Source: Candidatus Sumerlaeota bacterium | Lineage (GTDB): Bacteria; Sumerlaeota; Sumerlaeia; JAFGJS01 | NCBI GenBank assembly: GCA_016928995.1 | Contig: JAFGJS010000094.1 | Location: 311-64,310, forward strand | Direction: 5' to 3' | Length of the DNA stretch: 64,000 nt | Part shown: positions 44,290-53,760 of the stretch, piece by piece | How the letters are laid out: each line of letters opens with the position of its first letter | Position numbering within the stretch: the stretch's first letter is position 1 | Notes under the pieces: generated by a model | What the model was told of the DNA's origin: nothing | What the model saw: the letters and a program-made list of their open reading frames with translations, nothing else | Databases searched by the model: none | Program-made: the position numbers and the translations under genes

Positions 44290-47175
44290 ATGAAAACAAA
44301 TCCACATACAAACACCTCTTTTCTTTTGCTTACGTTCATCCTGACGGCGTTGCTGGCGGGCTGCCTCGACGTGGAAGAATACCTGGCGCTGCCTTCGCCC
44401 GACGGGCGTAAACTGCTGGTTCCCGGCCTGCAATACGATTCCGATACGAGCCAGCCGATAGGCGAAATCCTGCTGGCGGCTCCGATTCCTGGCGTGGAAA
44501 TCGACGACTCATTTTCCTCGCCGCTCTGGCGCCATGAGCCGGAATCGGACGATGACAAGCAGCTCGACGCGCCGTTGCGTTTCATCGGCGAGGTGGAACT
44601 GGCCGACGGCTGCGGCTGGTTGAGCGATTCGCGGCATGTGGCGTTTTGCCGGCGCACGGACGGCAACGAAGATATTTGGCTGCTGGACACCGCGGCGGAG
44701 TATGAGAAGGGCCAAGTGCATCGCGCCACGTCACACCTTGCGCGCGACTGGAACCCGGTTCCCGAACCGGGCCGGATGTCGCTGCTGTTTGTGTCCAATC
44801 GCAACGGCGATGCGGATATCCTGCGCTTGCGGCTCGACCGGCTCGGTCGGAACGACGCCGTGGAGCCGGTGGTCGTTGCGCCGCAGGATCAGCTCGCGCC
44901 AACACTTTCCACGGATGGCCGCTGGTTGTTTTACGTCTCATACGAGCAGGTGCGGCCGATGGGATTCGTGCGGGAGCTGAAAACCGGGAGAACCGTCGTC
45001 GTTCCCGGAACGCTCGACGCCGAGGGCTATCCGCCGCAATGGATCGCCTGGCCCGCGGGCTCCAGTGAATTTTACTTCGCGCGGGAGGCCGGAGACGGCT
45101 GGAACTTGACGGGCTGCAATCCGCTCGCTGCGACACCGCAGACACAACTGCGCGATGTGATGGAACTACCAGACGCGCCTCAACGGCTGGCCGCGACGGA
45201 TAGGGCGGATGAATTCCTCTTCACCGGAAAATCCGGCAAGGCATGGCTCTTGCTTATCAACCGGGAAAAACCAGCGGCGCAGGAGCTAAAGTTCGAAGGA
45301 CTGCGCGTCCACGATGTGATTCCCTTCGCGGACGGCAGGCGCGCGACATTGATGGCCGGGGCGTGCGCCGGATTGGCGCGGGCGCCGTTCGAAAAGATCG
45401 ACCAGCGCGTCGATATGCTGGCCGGTTTAAAGGCCGAAGTTGGAGATCGTTCGCCGTTGGACAGCATGAAATGGGTCATGGAACTGCATGCGCAGGGCTT
45501 TGAACGGGAGGCTCGCGATTTTTTCGACTCGTGGATCGACGTCTGCAACGAAGATGTGCGACGGCATTTCCGCATGGAATACGCTCGCTGGCTGGTCGCG
45601 GCGGGAGAGCCGGACAAAGCGCTCAAGTCGATGGACGAATGGCTGGTCCGCCTGTCGATGGACGAAGGCGACGTGTATGAGTTGGGCTTCGACGAAGCCC
45701 TGGTTTATGAGAACCAGGGCGCCAAGGCGTTTCGCTCGCTGGAGCGGCTGGCCTTGCGCGGCCAATTGAAAGCGGAAGACCGCATTCGCGCGTTGCAGTT
45801 GCTGGCGAGCGTGGAGTTCGATGTGTACAAGCAATTCGGCGCGGCGGAGCGCTACTATAAACAGGCGGAAGTGCTGCACCGCGCCAGCCAGATCAAAGAG
45901 CCGCTGAAACTCGACGACCGCATGCGAACATTAGCCACTGAAAATCTGGATTTGATCGAGGCGATGAGCGATTACTTCGAGGCGTCAAAGGAACGCCGCA
46001 TTCGCTTTGAAAACATACAGCCGCCCCGGCGATTGGCGCCGGAACGTGATTTCAAGATGCTGCTGACCGCCGTGCGGACCGCGCCGGATTTCGCGCCCGC
46101 GCTGGAGCGGCTGCCTTTGGCCGCGCAGTCGGAAAAGGATCGCGAAAAGGCGGTGAAGACGCTGCTCTCCATCGAATCAAGCAGCCCGACGTTGATTCTG
46201 CGCATGCTGCTCGAACTGGACGATGTGGATGCGGCGCGCGATTACCTGTTGAAGAATACAAGAAGCGTTGTGCAAAACACAGAAGTGCAAAACGAGCTGC
46301 ACAAACTATTGCGGCAAATCATCACAGTACAGCCATGGCCGGCGGATGCAACAGACTCCGAGCGCTGGGAATTGTTATGGGATGAAAAAACCTTGGAAGC
46401 CATCTCGCAATATTTACCGCAATCGTCCCAGCATTTGTCTGTCGCAGTGAACCTCCGCCGTGCGATGGCAAGCGGTGACACGGCGCAGATCGACGATGCA
46501 ATGCGCGTGGCGTCGTCGTATTTCCTACAGGCCGCCCAACAAAAAATCGATGTGACCGGCGGACTGATACTGATGGCTTGCTGCACGGGTCAAGAGCATT
46601 GGGAGCGCTTCCGCTTCAAAGAGGCTTATACGCAATTCGACTCCGCGCGGCAACTCTTGGCGCAGGCCTACGCGATACAGACCAAAGACGATGCGCCTCT
46701 GCTGGATGCGGCGGAGTATCGCGAACAGAAAATCTGGCTGGACGCCCACGCCGCGCTGATGAAACAGGCGCCGCGCATGGGCAAGCCGTATATCAAATTC
46801 ATGCAAATCACCAGTCCGTTGCGCAAGGCGCGCTATGCCGGAAAAATCGATCCGGATGTCGCTCATCAAATGGCGCAATATTCGCTGACCGCATTGAGCG
46901 CGACGGATGATCCGCAGTTGCAGGCGCTTTGTCTGCTGGCCGCGGCTGACGCCTATGATACGTTGAATCATCCTCGCATCTCCGCGGCCTGTTGCCGCCG
47001 GACGCTGGAGTTGAAGCCCACGATGCCGTTGCGGCTCATGGCGCATTGGCGCTTGCTGCAAAACGCCGAACGCGAGGGCGACACGTGGCTCGTGCGTCAA
47101 CATATGGCCTCCATCCGAGAGCAAATTCCCGGCGATCGACTGTTGCAGGCGCTGTTTGCGGAGGATCAGCCATGA
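44290..47175 (+). CDS. Large lipoprotein with TolB/PD40-like beta-propeller and helical/TPR-like C-terminal region
   Basis: Lipobox LLAGC; SPDGRKL, LFVSNRNGDADI and PTLSTDGRWLFYVS propeller blades; helical C-terminal half. Confidence 0.7.
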   Translation: MKTNPHTNTSFLLLTFILTALLAGCLDVEEYLALPSPDGRKLLVPGLQYDSDTSQPIGEILLAAPIPGVEIDDSFSSPLWRHEPESDDDKQLDAPLRFIGEVELADGCGWLSDSRHVAFCRRTDGNEDIWLLDTAAEYEKGQVHRATSHLARDWNPVPEPGRMSLLFVSNRNGDADILRLRLDRLGRNDAVEPVVVAPQDQLAPTLSTDGRWLFYVSYEQVRPMGFVRELKTGRTVVVPGTLDAEGYPPQWIAWPAGSSEFYFAREAGDGWNLTGCNPLAATPQTQLRDVMELPDAPQRLAATDRADEFLFTGKSGKAWLLLINREKPAAQELKFEGLRVHDVIPFADGRRATLMAGACAGLARAPFEKIDQRVDMLAGLKAEVGDRSPLDSMKWVMELHAQGFEREARDFFDSWIDVCNEDVRRHFRMEYARWLVAAGEPDKALKSMDEWLVRLSMDEGDVYELGFDEALVYENQGAKAFRSLERLALRGQLKAEDRIRALQLLASVEFDVYKQFGAAERYYKQAEVLHRASQIKEPLKLDDRMRTLATENLDLIEAMSDYFEASKERRIRFENIQPPRRLAPERDFKMLLTAVRTAPDFAPALERLPLAAQSEKDREKAVKTLLSIESSSPTLILRMLLELDDVDAARDYLLKNTRSVVQNTEVQNELHKLLRQIITVQPWPADATDSERWELLWDEKTLEAISQYLPQSSQHLSVAVNLRRAMASGDTAQIDDAMRVASSYFLQAAQQKIDVTGGLILMACCTGQEHWERFRFKEAYTQFDSARQLLAQAYAIQTKDDAPLLDAAEYREQKIWLDAHAALMKQAPRMGKPYIKFMQITSPLRKARYAGKIDPDVAHQMAQYSLTALSATDDPQLQALCLLAAADAYDTLNHPRISAACCRRTLELKPTMPLRLMAHWRLLQNAEREGDTWLVRQHMASIREQIPGDRLLQALFAEDQP

Positions 47176-48518
47176 AGATTCTGAGCATGCGCACGCGATT
47201 TATTCTGCTTTGCCTGGCGTCGATTGCACTGCTCGGATTCGCGCTGGCCGTCGTGACAGGCTACGCCGTGCATCGGAAGCGCATGGCCGTCGAGTATGAA
47301 ACGCGCCGCCTCATCCAGGTAAACGGCCAGAAACTTGTGCGTCAATTGGAAGAGACACTCTCCAAGGAATCGGCTAGCGAACAAGAGTCAAAACCCAGCC
47401 GCGTGAGCGATAGCGCGCTGGCGGCGCTGCGCAAGCACCTGGAAAGCATGGATCAGCCCTTTAAGGTTTATTATCGCATCGAAGACCTGAGCGGAAAACA
47501 CAGCATCGAGCATGAGATCATCTCGCTCACGCCAAACACCGCAAGCGCCAGCAACGATCCGCCAGACACGGTGCATTCGGAGCGTTTCATGGTGCATTGG
47601 AACGAACAGGAAGTCGGCGAATTGGTGGTCGGCGCCACGGAGGAGATGGTGCTCGAACAGATTCGGGAATACGGCTCGGATATTTCAACAGTTCTCACGA
47701 TGCTCACCGCGGCGATGTTCGTGCTGATGGTCGCCACATTTTATCTGCTGTGGAAGGCGTTTCAGCATTGGATGCAGCTCGAGCACGACCGCGAGCGTCA
47801 GGAGCGCATGGCCTACATCGGCACGCTAGCCGGAGGATTGGCGCATGAAATCCGCAATCCACTGAACGCGATGAATATCAATCTGGATTTAATCCGCGAA
47901 GAGCTGGAGGATCCGCGCGAGGATTTGCGGCAGCGCACCGGGGAGATGATCTCGCTGTTGCAAAACGAGGCGCGGCAGCTGAACCATACGCTGAGCGACT
48001 TTTTATCGTACGCCATGCCGCGCAATGACGTCATGGGCGCCTGCGATATCGCGGCGGTGGCGCGCCAGACCGCGGCGCTGCTGCGGCCGGAGTATGAGCG
48101 CAAAGGCGCCGAGCTGCACGTGGAAGCGCCGGACAACCTGACGCTGCTGGGCGGCAGCGAACGATTGAGCAAGGCGCTGGCCAATCTGCTGCTCAACGCG
48201 TTACAGGCCATGCGGCCCGATGACGAGGACGATTCCGCGCAGCAGGCGACGGCGAGGACGGATCTTCGCGTCAAGCAAAACGGCGAGACATGCGTGATCG
48301 ACGTGCGCGACACCGGACCGGGCATCTCTCCCGACCAGCGCGAGAAGGTGTTCGAAGTTTTTCACTCGACCAAAAAAGGGGGATCCGGCTTCGGTTTGGC
48401 CATCGCGTTGCGCACCGTGGAGTCCCATGACGGCGCGCTGCGCATCATGGATGTGCCCGAAGGCGAAACCGGCGCATGGTTTCGCATTGAACTCCCGATC
48501 CGCAAGGCGGGAAACTGA
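47172..48518 (+). CDS. Membrane sensor histidine kinase (NtrB/HydH-like, orphan)
   Basis: ATGA overlap with the upstream stop; two TMs; LAHEIRNPL, NLLLNALQA, DTGPGI, FHSTK, GSGFGLAI. Confidence 0.93.
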   Translation: MKILSMRTRFILLCLASIALLGFALAVVTGYAVHRKRMAVEYETRRLIQVNGQKLVRQLEETLSKESASEQESKPSRVSDSALAALRKHLESMDQPFKVYYRIEDLSGKHSIEHEIISLTPNTASASNDPPDTVHSERFMVHWNEQEVGELVVGATEEMVLEQIREYGSDISTVLTMLTAAMFVLMVATFYLLWKAFQHWMQLEHDRERQERMAYIGTLAGGLAHEIRNPLNAMNINLDLIREELEDPREDLRQRTGEMISLLQNEARQLNHTLSDFLSYAMPRNDVMGACDIAAVARQTAALLRPEYERKGAELHVEAPDNLTLLGGSERLSKALANLLLNALQAMRPDDEDDSAQQATARTDLRVKQNGETCVIDVRDTGPGISPDQREKVFEVFHSTKKGGSGFGLAIALRTVESHDGALRIMDVPEGETGAWFRIELPIRKAGN

Positions 48519-48538
48519 ACTTTCACCTGGAGCGAAAC

Positions 48539-50014
48539 ATGAGCCTGTGCGAACGCATCGAACATGACTCCCGGCGGCTGGAAGCGCTGATCGGGGCGCT
48601 GGAGCAAATGGAGCGCGAAATGGAGGCATTACGCAAAAGCGTCGAGTACCATAAACGCAATTATTTCTCCACCGAAGAGCACGATCAGATTGAAAATCTC
48701 CTCTTTCGTTACAACGGCTGCCGGACGGAGCTGTGGCGCATGCTCAACGAATACCGCGAGTGGATCCGCGGAATCGAAGCGCCGCTGGACCGGGCGCGCG
48801 CGTTCCTGATCGGCTACGCGGCGTCGCTCACGCTGTACTACTTCGGCGGGCGCGTGGCACAGTCCTTTCTGCGCTCCGAGGCCGTTCGGTCAAAGCTCAA
48901 CGAACGCTTCTTTCGCTCCGGCATCGAGGCCGGCAGTTTTGATCAGCTTTTTCAGAACCTGACCGATCCGGCGAACTTGCGCGATCTGGAAACGACGAAG
49001 GAAATCTTCAGCGAGGCGCTGAACGACAGGGAGTCCACGCTCTCGCGCCTGCGTGAGGAAGACGCGAAAAGCGCGAAATGGATGCAGCGGATCTTTGAAC
49101 TGCAAATCCGCATCGAGCCGTTGCGCGACGCGATTCTGCGCGATTCCTCGCTCGTTTCGCCCTCCGTGCGCAACGCCCTGCGGCACAATGAAATCGTCAA
49201 ACACGCGCGCTCCATGCTGCAGGCCGGCATGAGCCGCCTGGAAGCCTTGCGGGCGCTGGTGTTCGACCGCGGAGGCCATCTGCGCGCGCCGCTCGCGCGT
49301 TCGCTGGAGTTCGACGACGCGGAACTCGAGGCGATGCGCAAGCTGCTGCGCCCCGGCGACCTGGTATTCACATACACCGAAGGCTTCATGAGCAACCTGT
49401 TTCTGCCCGGCGTGTTCAAGCACGGCATCACCTACGCCGGATCGCCGCAGGAGCGCCGCGCCGCAGGAGTCACACAGCCGCCGGACGGCGCGCCCGAGGA
49501 GTTGCATACGCGTTTCATGGATGCGCTGAACACCGAACGGCTGCCTGACGGACGGATGGCGAATCAGGTGGAAGCCATCGCCGAGGGAGTGATCCTGAAT
49601 TGCTTCGACACGAATGCGCGTAAAAATTGCAACCGCATGACGGCGCTGCGTCCGCGCATCTCGGACGCCGAACGCGCGCGGTTCCTGGCGAACGTGTTTC
49701 GCTTCGTCGGCAACCGCTACGACTTCACGTTCAACTTCAACGACGGCAGCTGCCAGAGCTGCACCGAGGTGATCTACCGCAGCCTGAACAAACTGGGGCG
49801 GGTGAATTTTGCATTGACGCCGCGCATGGGCCGCCCGACGCTTTCGGCGGACGATATCATCCGCCACGCGTTGCCGTCGGACGCGCAATCGCTCGATTTC
49901 ATCTTCCTCGCCGAACGCGACGATTCCCGCGAGGGAAACCGATGCAAATTGCATACCGGCGCGCAGGGTTACGAACGATTGGTTGACTTGATGCGCGAAT
50001 CAAATGGATCATGA
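48539..50014 (+). CDS. Permuted papain-like NlpC/P60 enzyme (YiiX/YebB-like) with a helical N-terminal region
   Basis: LRPGDLVF...SNLFLPGVFKHGITY (His before Cys), YDFTFNF...SCTEVIY. Confidence 0.8.
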   Translation: MSLCERIEHDSRRLEALIGALEQMEREMEALRKSVEYHKRNYFSTEEHDQIENLLFRYNGCRTELWRMLNEYREWIRGIEAPLDRARAFLIGYAASLTLYYFGGRVAQSFLRSEAVRSKLNERFFRSGIEAGSFDQLFQNLTDPANLRDLETTKEIFSEALNDRESTLSRLREEDAKSAKWMQRIFELQIRIEPLRDAILRDSSLVSPSVRNALRHNEIVKHARSMLQAGMSRLEALRALVFDRGGHLRAPLARSLEFDDAELEAMRKLLRPGDLVFTYTEGFMSNLFLPGVFKHGITYAGSPQERRAAGVTQPPDGAPEELHTRFMDALNTERLPDGRMANQVEAIAEGVILNCFDTNARKNCNRMTALRPRISDAERARFLANVFRFVGNRYDFTFNFNDGSCQSCTEVIYRSLNKLGRVNFALTPRMGRPTLSADDIIRHALPSDAQSLDFIFLAERDDSREGNRCKLHTGAQGYERLVDLMRESNGS

Positions 50015-50017
50015 CTC

Positions 50018-50893
50018 ATGCGGATAATTCACTTCAGCGACTTGCACGTTTGGCGGATGCGGCTCGATTGGGACTTATATCCGCGGCGCTTCCTGGGGCT
50101 GGCGAACCTGGCGCTGAACCGAGCGCGCGTGTTCCCTCATCGCGTGGCGGAGCGGCTGGCGCGACAGTTGACCGAGGAAGAAGCGGACGCCGTGATCTTC
50201 TCCGGCGACCTGACCACTACTTCATACTCCGGTGAATTCGACCTGGGCCGAAAGCTGATGACGCCGTTAATGGAGAAGTACGGCGACCGATTCCTCACGA
50301 TTCCAGGCAACCATGACCGCTATACGCCGCGCGTGACACGCGAACGCTGGATGGAACAGCGTTTTTTGCATGGCGAACAGAAGCGCGTGGCGCTGCGTTC
50401 GTTGAGCGAGAAGCTTTCCGCGCTGCTGATCGACGCCTCGTTCCCACAGCTGATTTGGGCGCGCGGAAAAATTGATGCGGAAACGCTGGACGCGATCAGC
50501 GCATTGCTGGAAAACGAAAAACAAAACAAACGCGACGTGATCGTCGTCTGCCATTATCCCATCGCCTACCCTCAGCGGCTGGGCGGACTGCATCGTGCGC
50601 TGGACGGACATGGCTTGATCGGCGAAGCGATGCTGCGCGAGCGGATCGACCAGCCGCCGGTCGTCGCCTATCTGCACGGCCATGAGCATCGGCGTTGGGC
50701 GGTGCGGTTGAATCGCATCGTCAGCCTGAACGCAGGCAGCGCAGGCAAACTTTCCTCACGACCTGCCGACGGACCGGGCTATATTTCCTTCAACATACAG
50801 AACGGCGTTGTGGAAAATGTGGAAGCCGTTTATCTAAGGGCGCCTGATTTCGAGGAATGGACGCGCCGCAATCTCGAAATTGAACCTCTTTAA
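50018..50893 (+). CDS. Calcineurin-like metallophosphoesterase
   Basis: HFSDLH, FSGDLT, IPGNHD, VCHYP, LHGHEH. Confidence 0.92.
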   Translation: MRIIHFSDLHVWRMRLDWDLYPRRFLGLANLALNRARVFPHRVAERLARQLTEEEADAVIFSGDLTTTSYSGEFDLGRKLMTPLMEKYGDRFLTIPGNHDRYTPRVTRERWMEQRFLHGEQKRVALRSLSEKLSALLIDASFPQLIWARGKIDAETLDAISALLENEKQNKRDVIVVCHYPIAYPQRLGGLHRALDGHGLIGEAMLRERIDQPPVVAYLHGHEHRRWAVRLNRIVSLNAGSAGKLSSRPADGPGYISFNIQNGVVENVEAVYLRAPDFEEWTRRNLEIEPL

Positions 50894-51048
50894 TCCTTCG
50901 TGTTTGTACGCTCCAAGGCCAGGCTAGCGGAAAATTGGCTGTCATTGCTTTCAGCGCGGATGATTAATTTGTTGACGACAGATATTTATTTTGTCACTGT
51001 TGTGATCAAATTATTCAATCAACGGCAATATTGGAGGATAGCAGCAAG

Positions 51049-51510
51049 ATGGAATTTAGAAAACGCAAACCTTATCTGGAGCAGGATGTGTGGGTCGCGA
51101 TTGTATCGGCTTATCAACGTTTTTACCCGACCTACGTCGCGCTGTTCCGGCGTTTCGGACTTTCTCCCGAACAATATAATGCCCTGCGCATCCTGAACGG
51201 AGCGGGCGAGGAAGGCCTGCCGGTGAAGGCTATCGCCGCTCGCATGCTGCATCGCACTCCGGACATCACCCGGCTGATCGACCGGCTGGAGCGCGCCGAG
51301 CTCGTGGAGCGCAATCGCACCGCGCTCGACCGCCGCGTTGTGATGGTCACCCTGACTGAAAAGGGGCTCGAACGGCTGGATAACATCGACGAGCCGTTGC
51401 GCGAGCTTCACTTTCAAAATTATCACCATATGGATCCGGAAATCCTGCGCAACGTCACGGAATTCTTGAATCAACTGCAGCCTGGCGAACAAAAAACAGA
51501 ACGGCTATAA
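51049..51510 (+). CDS. MarR family transcriptional regulator
   Basis: GLSPEQYNALRIL...PDITRLIDRLERAELVER...DRRVVMVTLTEKG; GGAGG RBS before ATG 51049. Confidence 0.93.
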   Translation: MEFRKRKPYLEQDVWVAIVSAYQRFYPTYVALFRRFGLSPEQYNALRILNGAGEEGLPVKAIAARMLHRTPDITRLIDRLERAELVERNRTALDRRVVMVTLTEKGLERLDNIDEPLRELHFQNYHHMDPEILRNVTEFLNQLQPGEQKTERL

Positions 51511-51559
51511 ATTTCACTGCGCAAGGAACCGCCAGCGTCAAATCCGAAGCAGGTTCTGC

Positions 51560-52501
51560 ATGATGTTTCACACATTGTGTCATCGCCATCAACGACAGCG
51601 GCTTGGAATCGTTGTCACAACGGCGCTCATCACATTAGGAAGCGCGCTTTGCATCAGGGCGGAGACGAATTCAATTGTCTCCGCCGATTTCTCGTCGAGC
51701 GGCACATTGGTCGTGTTCATCAGCAGCGCGGATCAAAATCAACAGCGGGAATTTTACGAACAATGGCTGCCGCAAATCGAGGCGACGGCCTTGATGCTGA
51801 ATACGCAGGTGTGCATGCACAACGTATCCAACGGCTCGCCCGAGGAGATGACGATCACACCATCGATTTATTTCCAGAATGCTCGCGGACGCTCGCTGTT
51901 TACCGGACGCTATACGCAGCTTGAACAGATCGAGCGTTTCATCCTCGACGCCCGAGCGAATCCATTGACGGAAGTTCAAACCGAGCATGAAAACGTACCT
52001 GTATGGCTGAGCGGCCGCGCCGCCGTTCTCGCGCCGTTCAAAATCTCCCGTTTTCACAGCGAGGATTCCAAACCCGCCGAGCTCAATGAAGTTGAATTTT
52101 TCCAGCGCGCGCATGAAGCTGTGCTGAAGTGCATGCGGAAATTCGAACCGATGAAAACCTTCACGGCGCGACGCATCGACCGGTGTTTTCAAATGGAGTT
52201 TGAGCCCACCCGGCTGTCCATGGGAAAACTCGGCGTCGGCGTGGCGCTGTTTTCACCGTTCGACAGCATCCAACCGGTGTTCCGGCAAGAGCCGGAGCAA
52301 TTGCAGGGAGAATGGAGCGAATGGGAAGAGCTGTTTCAACGCGCCGCGCGCCTGCTTGAAGAGCAAATTTTCCATCAGATGAGCAACTCTGAAACCGGCG
52401 ACGCGTTCCTGCCCGTGCCCATTCATGCCCCGATAAGGAGTTGGGATCAATTAAACCTGTCTTTGCCTGCTGCGCTGGAAAGCCGCGATGCTACTAAATG
52501 A
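51560..52501 (+). CDS. Secreted hypothetical protein, possible thioredoxin-like N-terminal fold without CxxC
   Basis: Signal-like hydrophobic stretch; LVVF...ITPSIYF...GR pattern; directly follows MarR. Confidence 0.55.
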   Translation: MMFHTLCHRHQRQRLGIVVTTALITLGSALCIRAETNSIVSADFSSSGTLVVFISSADQNQQREFYEQWLPQIEATALMLNTQVCMHNVSNGSPEEMTITPSIYFQNARGRSLFTGRYTQLEQIERFILDARANPLTEVQTEHENVPVWLSGRAAVLAPFKISRFHSEDSKPAELNEVEFFQRAHEAVLKCMRKFEPMKTFTARRIDRCFQMEFEPTRLSMGKLGVGVALFSPFDSIQPVFRQEPEQLQGEWSEWEELFQRAARLLEEQIFHQMSNSETGDAFLPVPIHAPIRSWDQLNLSLPAALESRDATK

Positions 52502-52507
52502 AACGCG

Positions 52508-53683
52508 TTACGCCCCCCGCCTACGATGATTTCGAGCCGGACGACCGAAGAAAAAAAGCAAAACGATCAACACAATCGTAGCAACGAGAAGGATAGCGAT
52601 ATTCAGCGGAAAAGCCCCGCCGGACGCGCCGCTTGGCGAATCGGACGCCCGCTCCTCCCAGGGACGTATGCGCGCAATTTTCAAATCGCCGTGGGACGTC
52701 TTGCAGGGCGCAATCACGCCGTCATTTGCACACAGCAGAGCCAGCGGATACGCCGGGGGGCGCTCCATCGCGACACGCCAGGCGTCATGCTGCGGACGCC
52801 ATTCCCGTGCGCCCGGCTCCAAGGTGAAGTAATTGCGCTCAGGATTCTTGTAAAAGTCGTAATAATAAAGCCGCCCGCCGGGATCGGTGAAGCCAAACGT
52901 CTCCCCAATCGGGGCAGGCAGATCAGGCAATGCCGTCCACTTATTCCGCCTCGGAAAATAACACCAGGCTTTTGCGGATCGGGCAAAAGGCTGATTCTGT
53001 TGTTCCGGCTGCGGCACGATGCCGCCGGCGAGATACAACGCGCCGTCCGACGCCAGCAGCACGGGCGAGATGCGCGGCTTGCCGCTCCAAGAGGCAAGTT
53101 CGGACCACTTTCCCTTTGCCGTATCATATTTCCATAAGGGCGTTGCGCCCGCGGATTCAGGATTGTTCGATTCGCCGCCCGCGAGATACAACGCTCCATC
53201 GAGCATCGCGGCGCCCATGCCCATGCGCGCCGACGGCATGGATGGGAGTATCCGAAGTTCCAGCTGTTTTTGGACCGCGTTCCACTCCACTTCCAGCAAT
53301 GCGTCCAGCTCGCCATCCGCGTTAAGTCCGCCCGCGAAATACAAACTCTTGCCGTCTCCCGCCACGGCTCCTCGCGCGGCTGGTTGCGGAAGACTCCCCA
53401 TCAACGCCAATTCCCAATGCTGATCTGCGGCGCTTTGGGTATAAACCCGCGTCGCGCTGCTGAAGGCGTCCTGATGAAAAAGATCCACGCCTTTGCCGCC
53501 GGCGATGATTAACGCGCCGTTGGACATGCCCGCGAATGGATAGCGCATAAACAGCTTTTCGCCGCCCTGCTCCACATCCTGCCAGATGATTGCCGGATCG
53601 GCCGGCGATGTCTGCGCCGTTGCGCTCGCGGTCAAGCCGATGACGGCGAGCATCAAATAAAATAGAACGATGGCTTTACGCAT
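52508..53683 (-). CDS. Kelch-repeat protein with signal peptide and C-terminal membrane anchor
   Basis: LIIAGG, LYFAGG, LYLAGG x2 with W.L..MP/LP spacing; start MRKAIVLF at 53683; C-terminal TM plus RPARNHRRR. Confidence 0.85.
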   Translation of the reverse strand: MRKAIVLFYLMLAVIGLTASATAQTSPADPAIIWQDVEQGGEKLFMRYPFAGMSNGALIIAGGKGVDLFHQDAFSSATRVYTQSAADQHWELALMGSLPQPAARGAVAGDGKSLYFAGGLNADGELDALLEVEWNAVQKQLELRILPSMPSARMGMGAAMLDGALYLAGGESNNPESAGATPLWKYDTAKGKWSELASWSGKPRISPVLLASDGALYLAGGIVPQPEQQNQPFARSAKAWCYFPRRNKWTALPDLPAPIGETFGFTDPGGRLYYYDFYKNPERNYFTLEPGAREWRPQHDAWRVAMERPPAYPLALLCANDGVIAPCKTSHGDLKIARIRPWEERASDSPSGASGGAFPLNIAILLVATIVLIVLLFFFGRPARNHRRRGA

Positions 53684-53760
53684 GGATGAACGTCCGTAAC
53701 TAAGGGTGTCGAGATTGCCCAAGCAGCCGCTGCGGATAAAAGATAGCGCTCCGCCGTGCA

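Noticed and set aside
50968-51012. MarR operator palindrome (TTTGTCAC-TGTT-GTGATCAAA)
   Set aside because: Only an imperfect palindrome; plausible but not supportable without comparative data.
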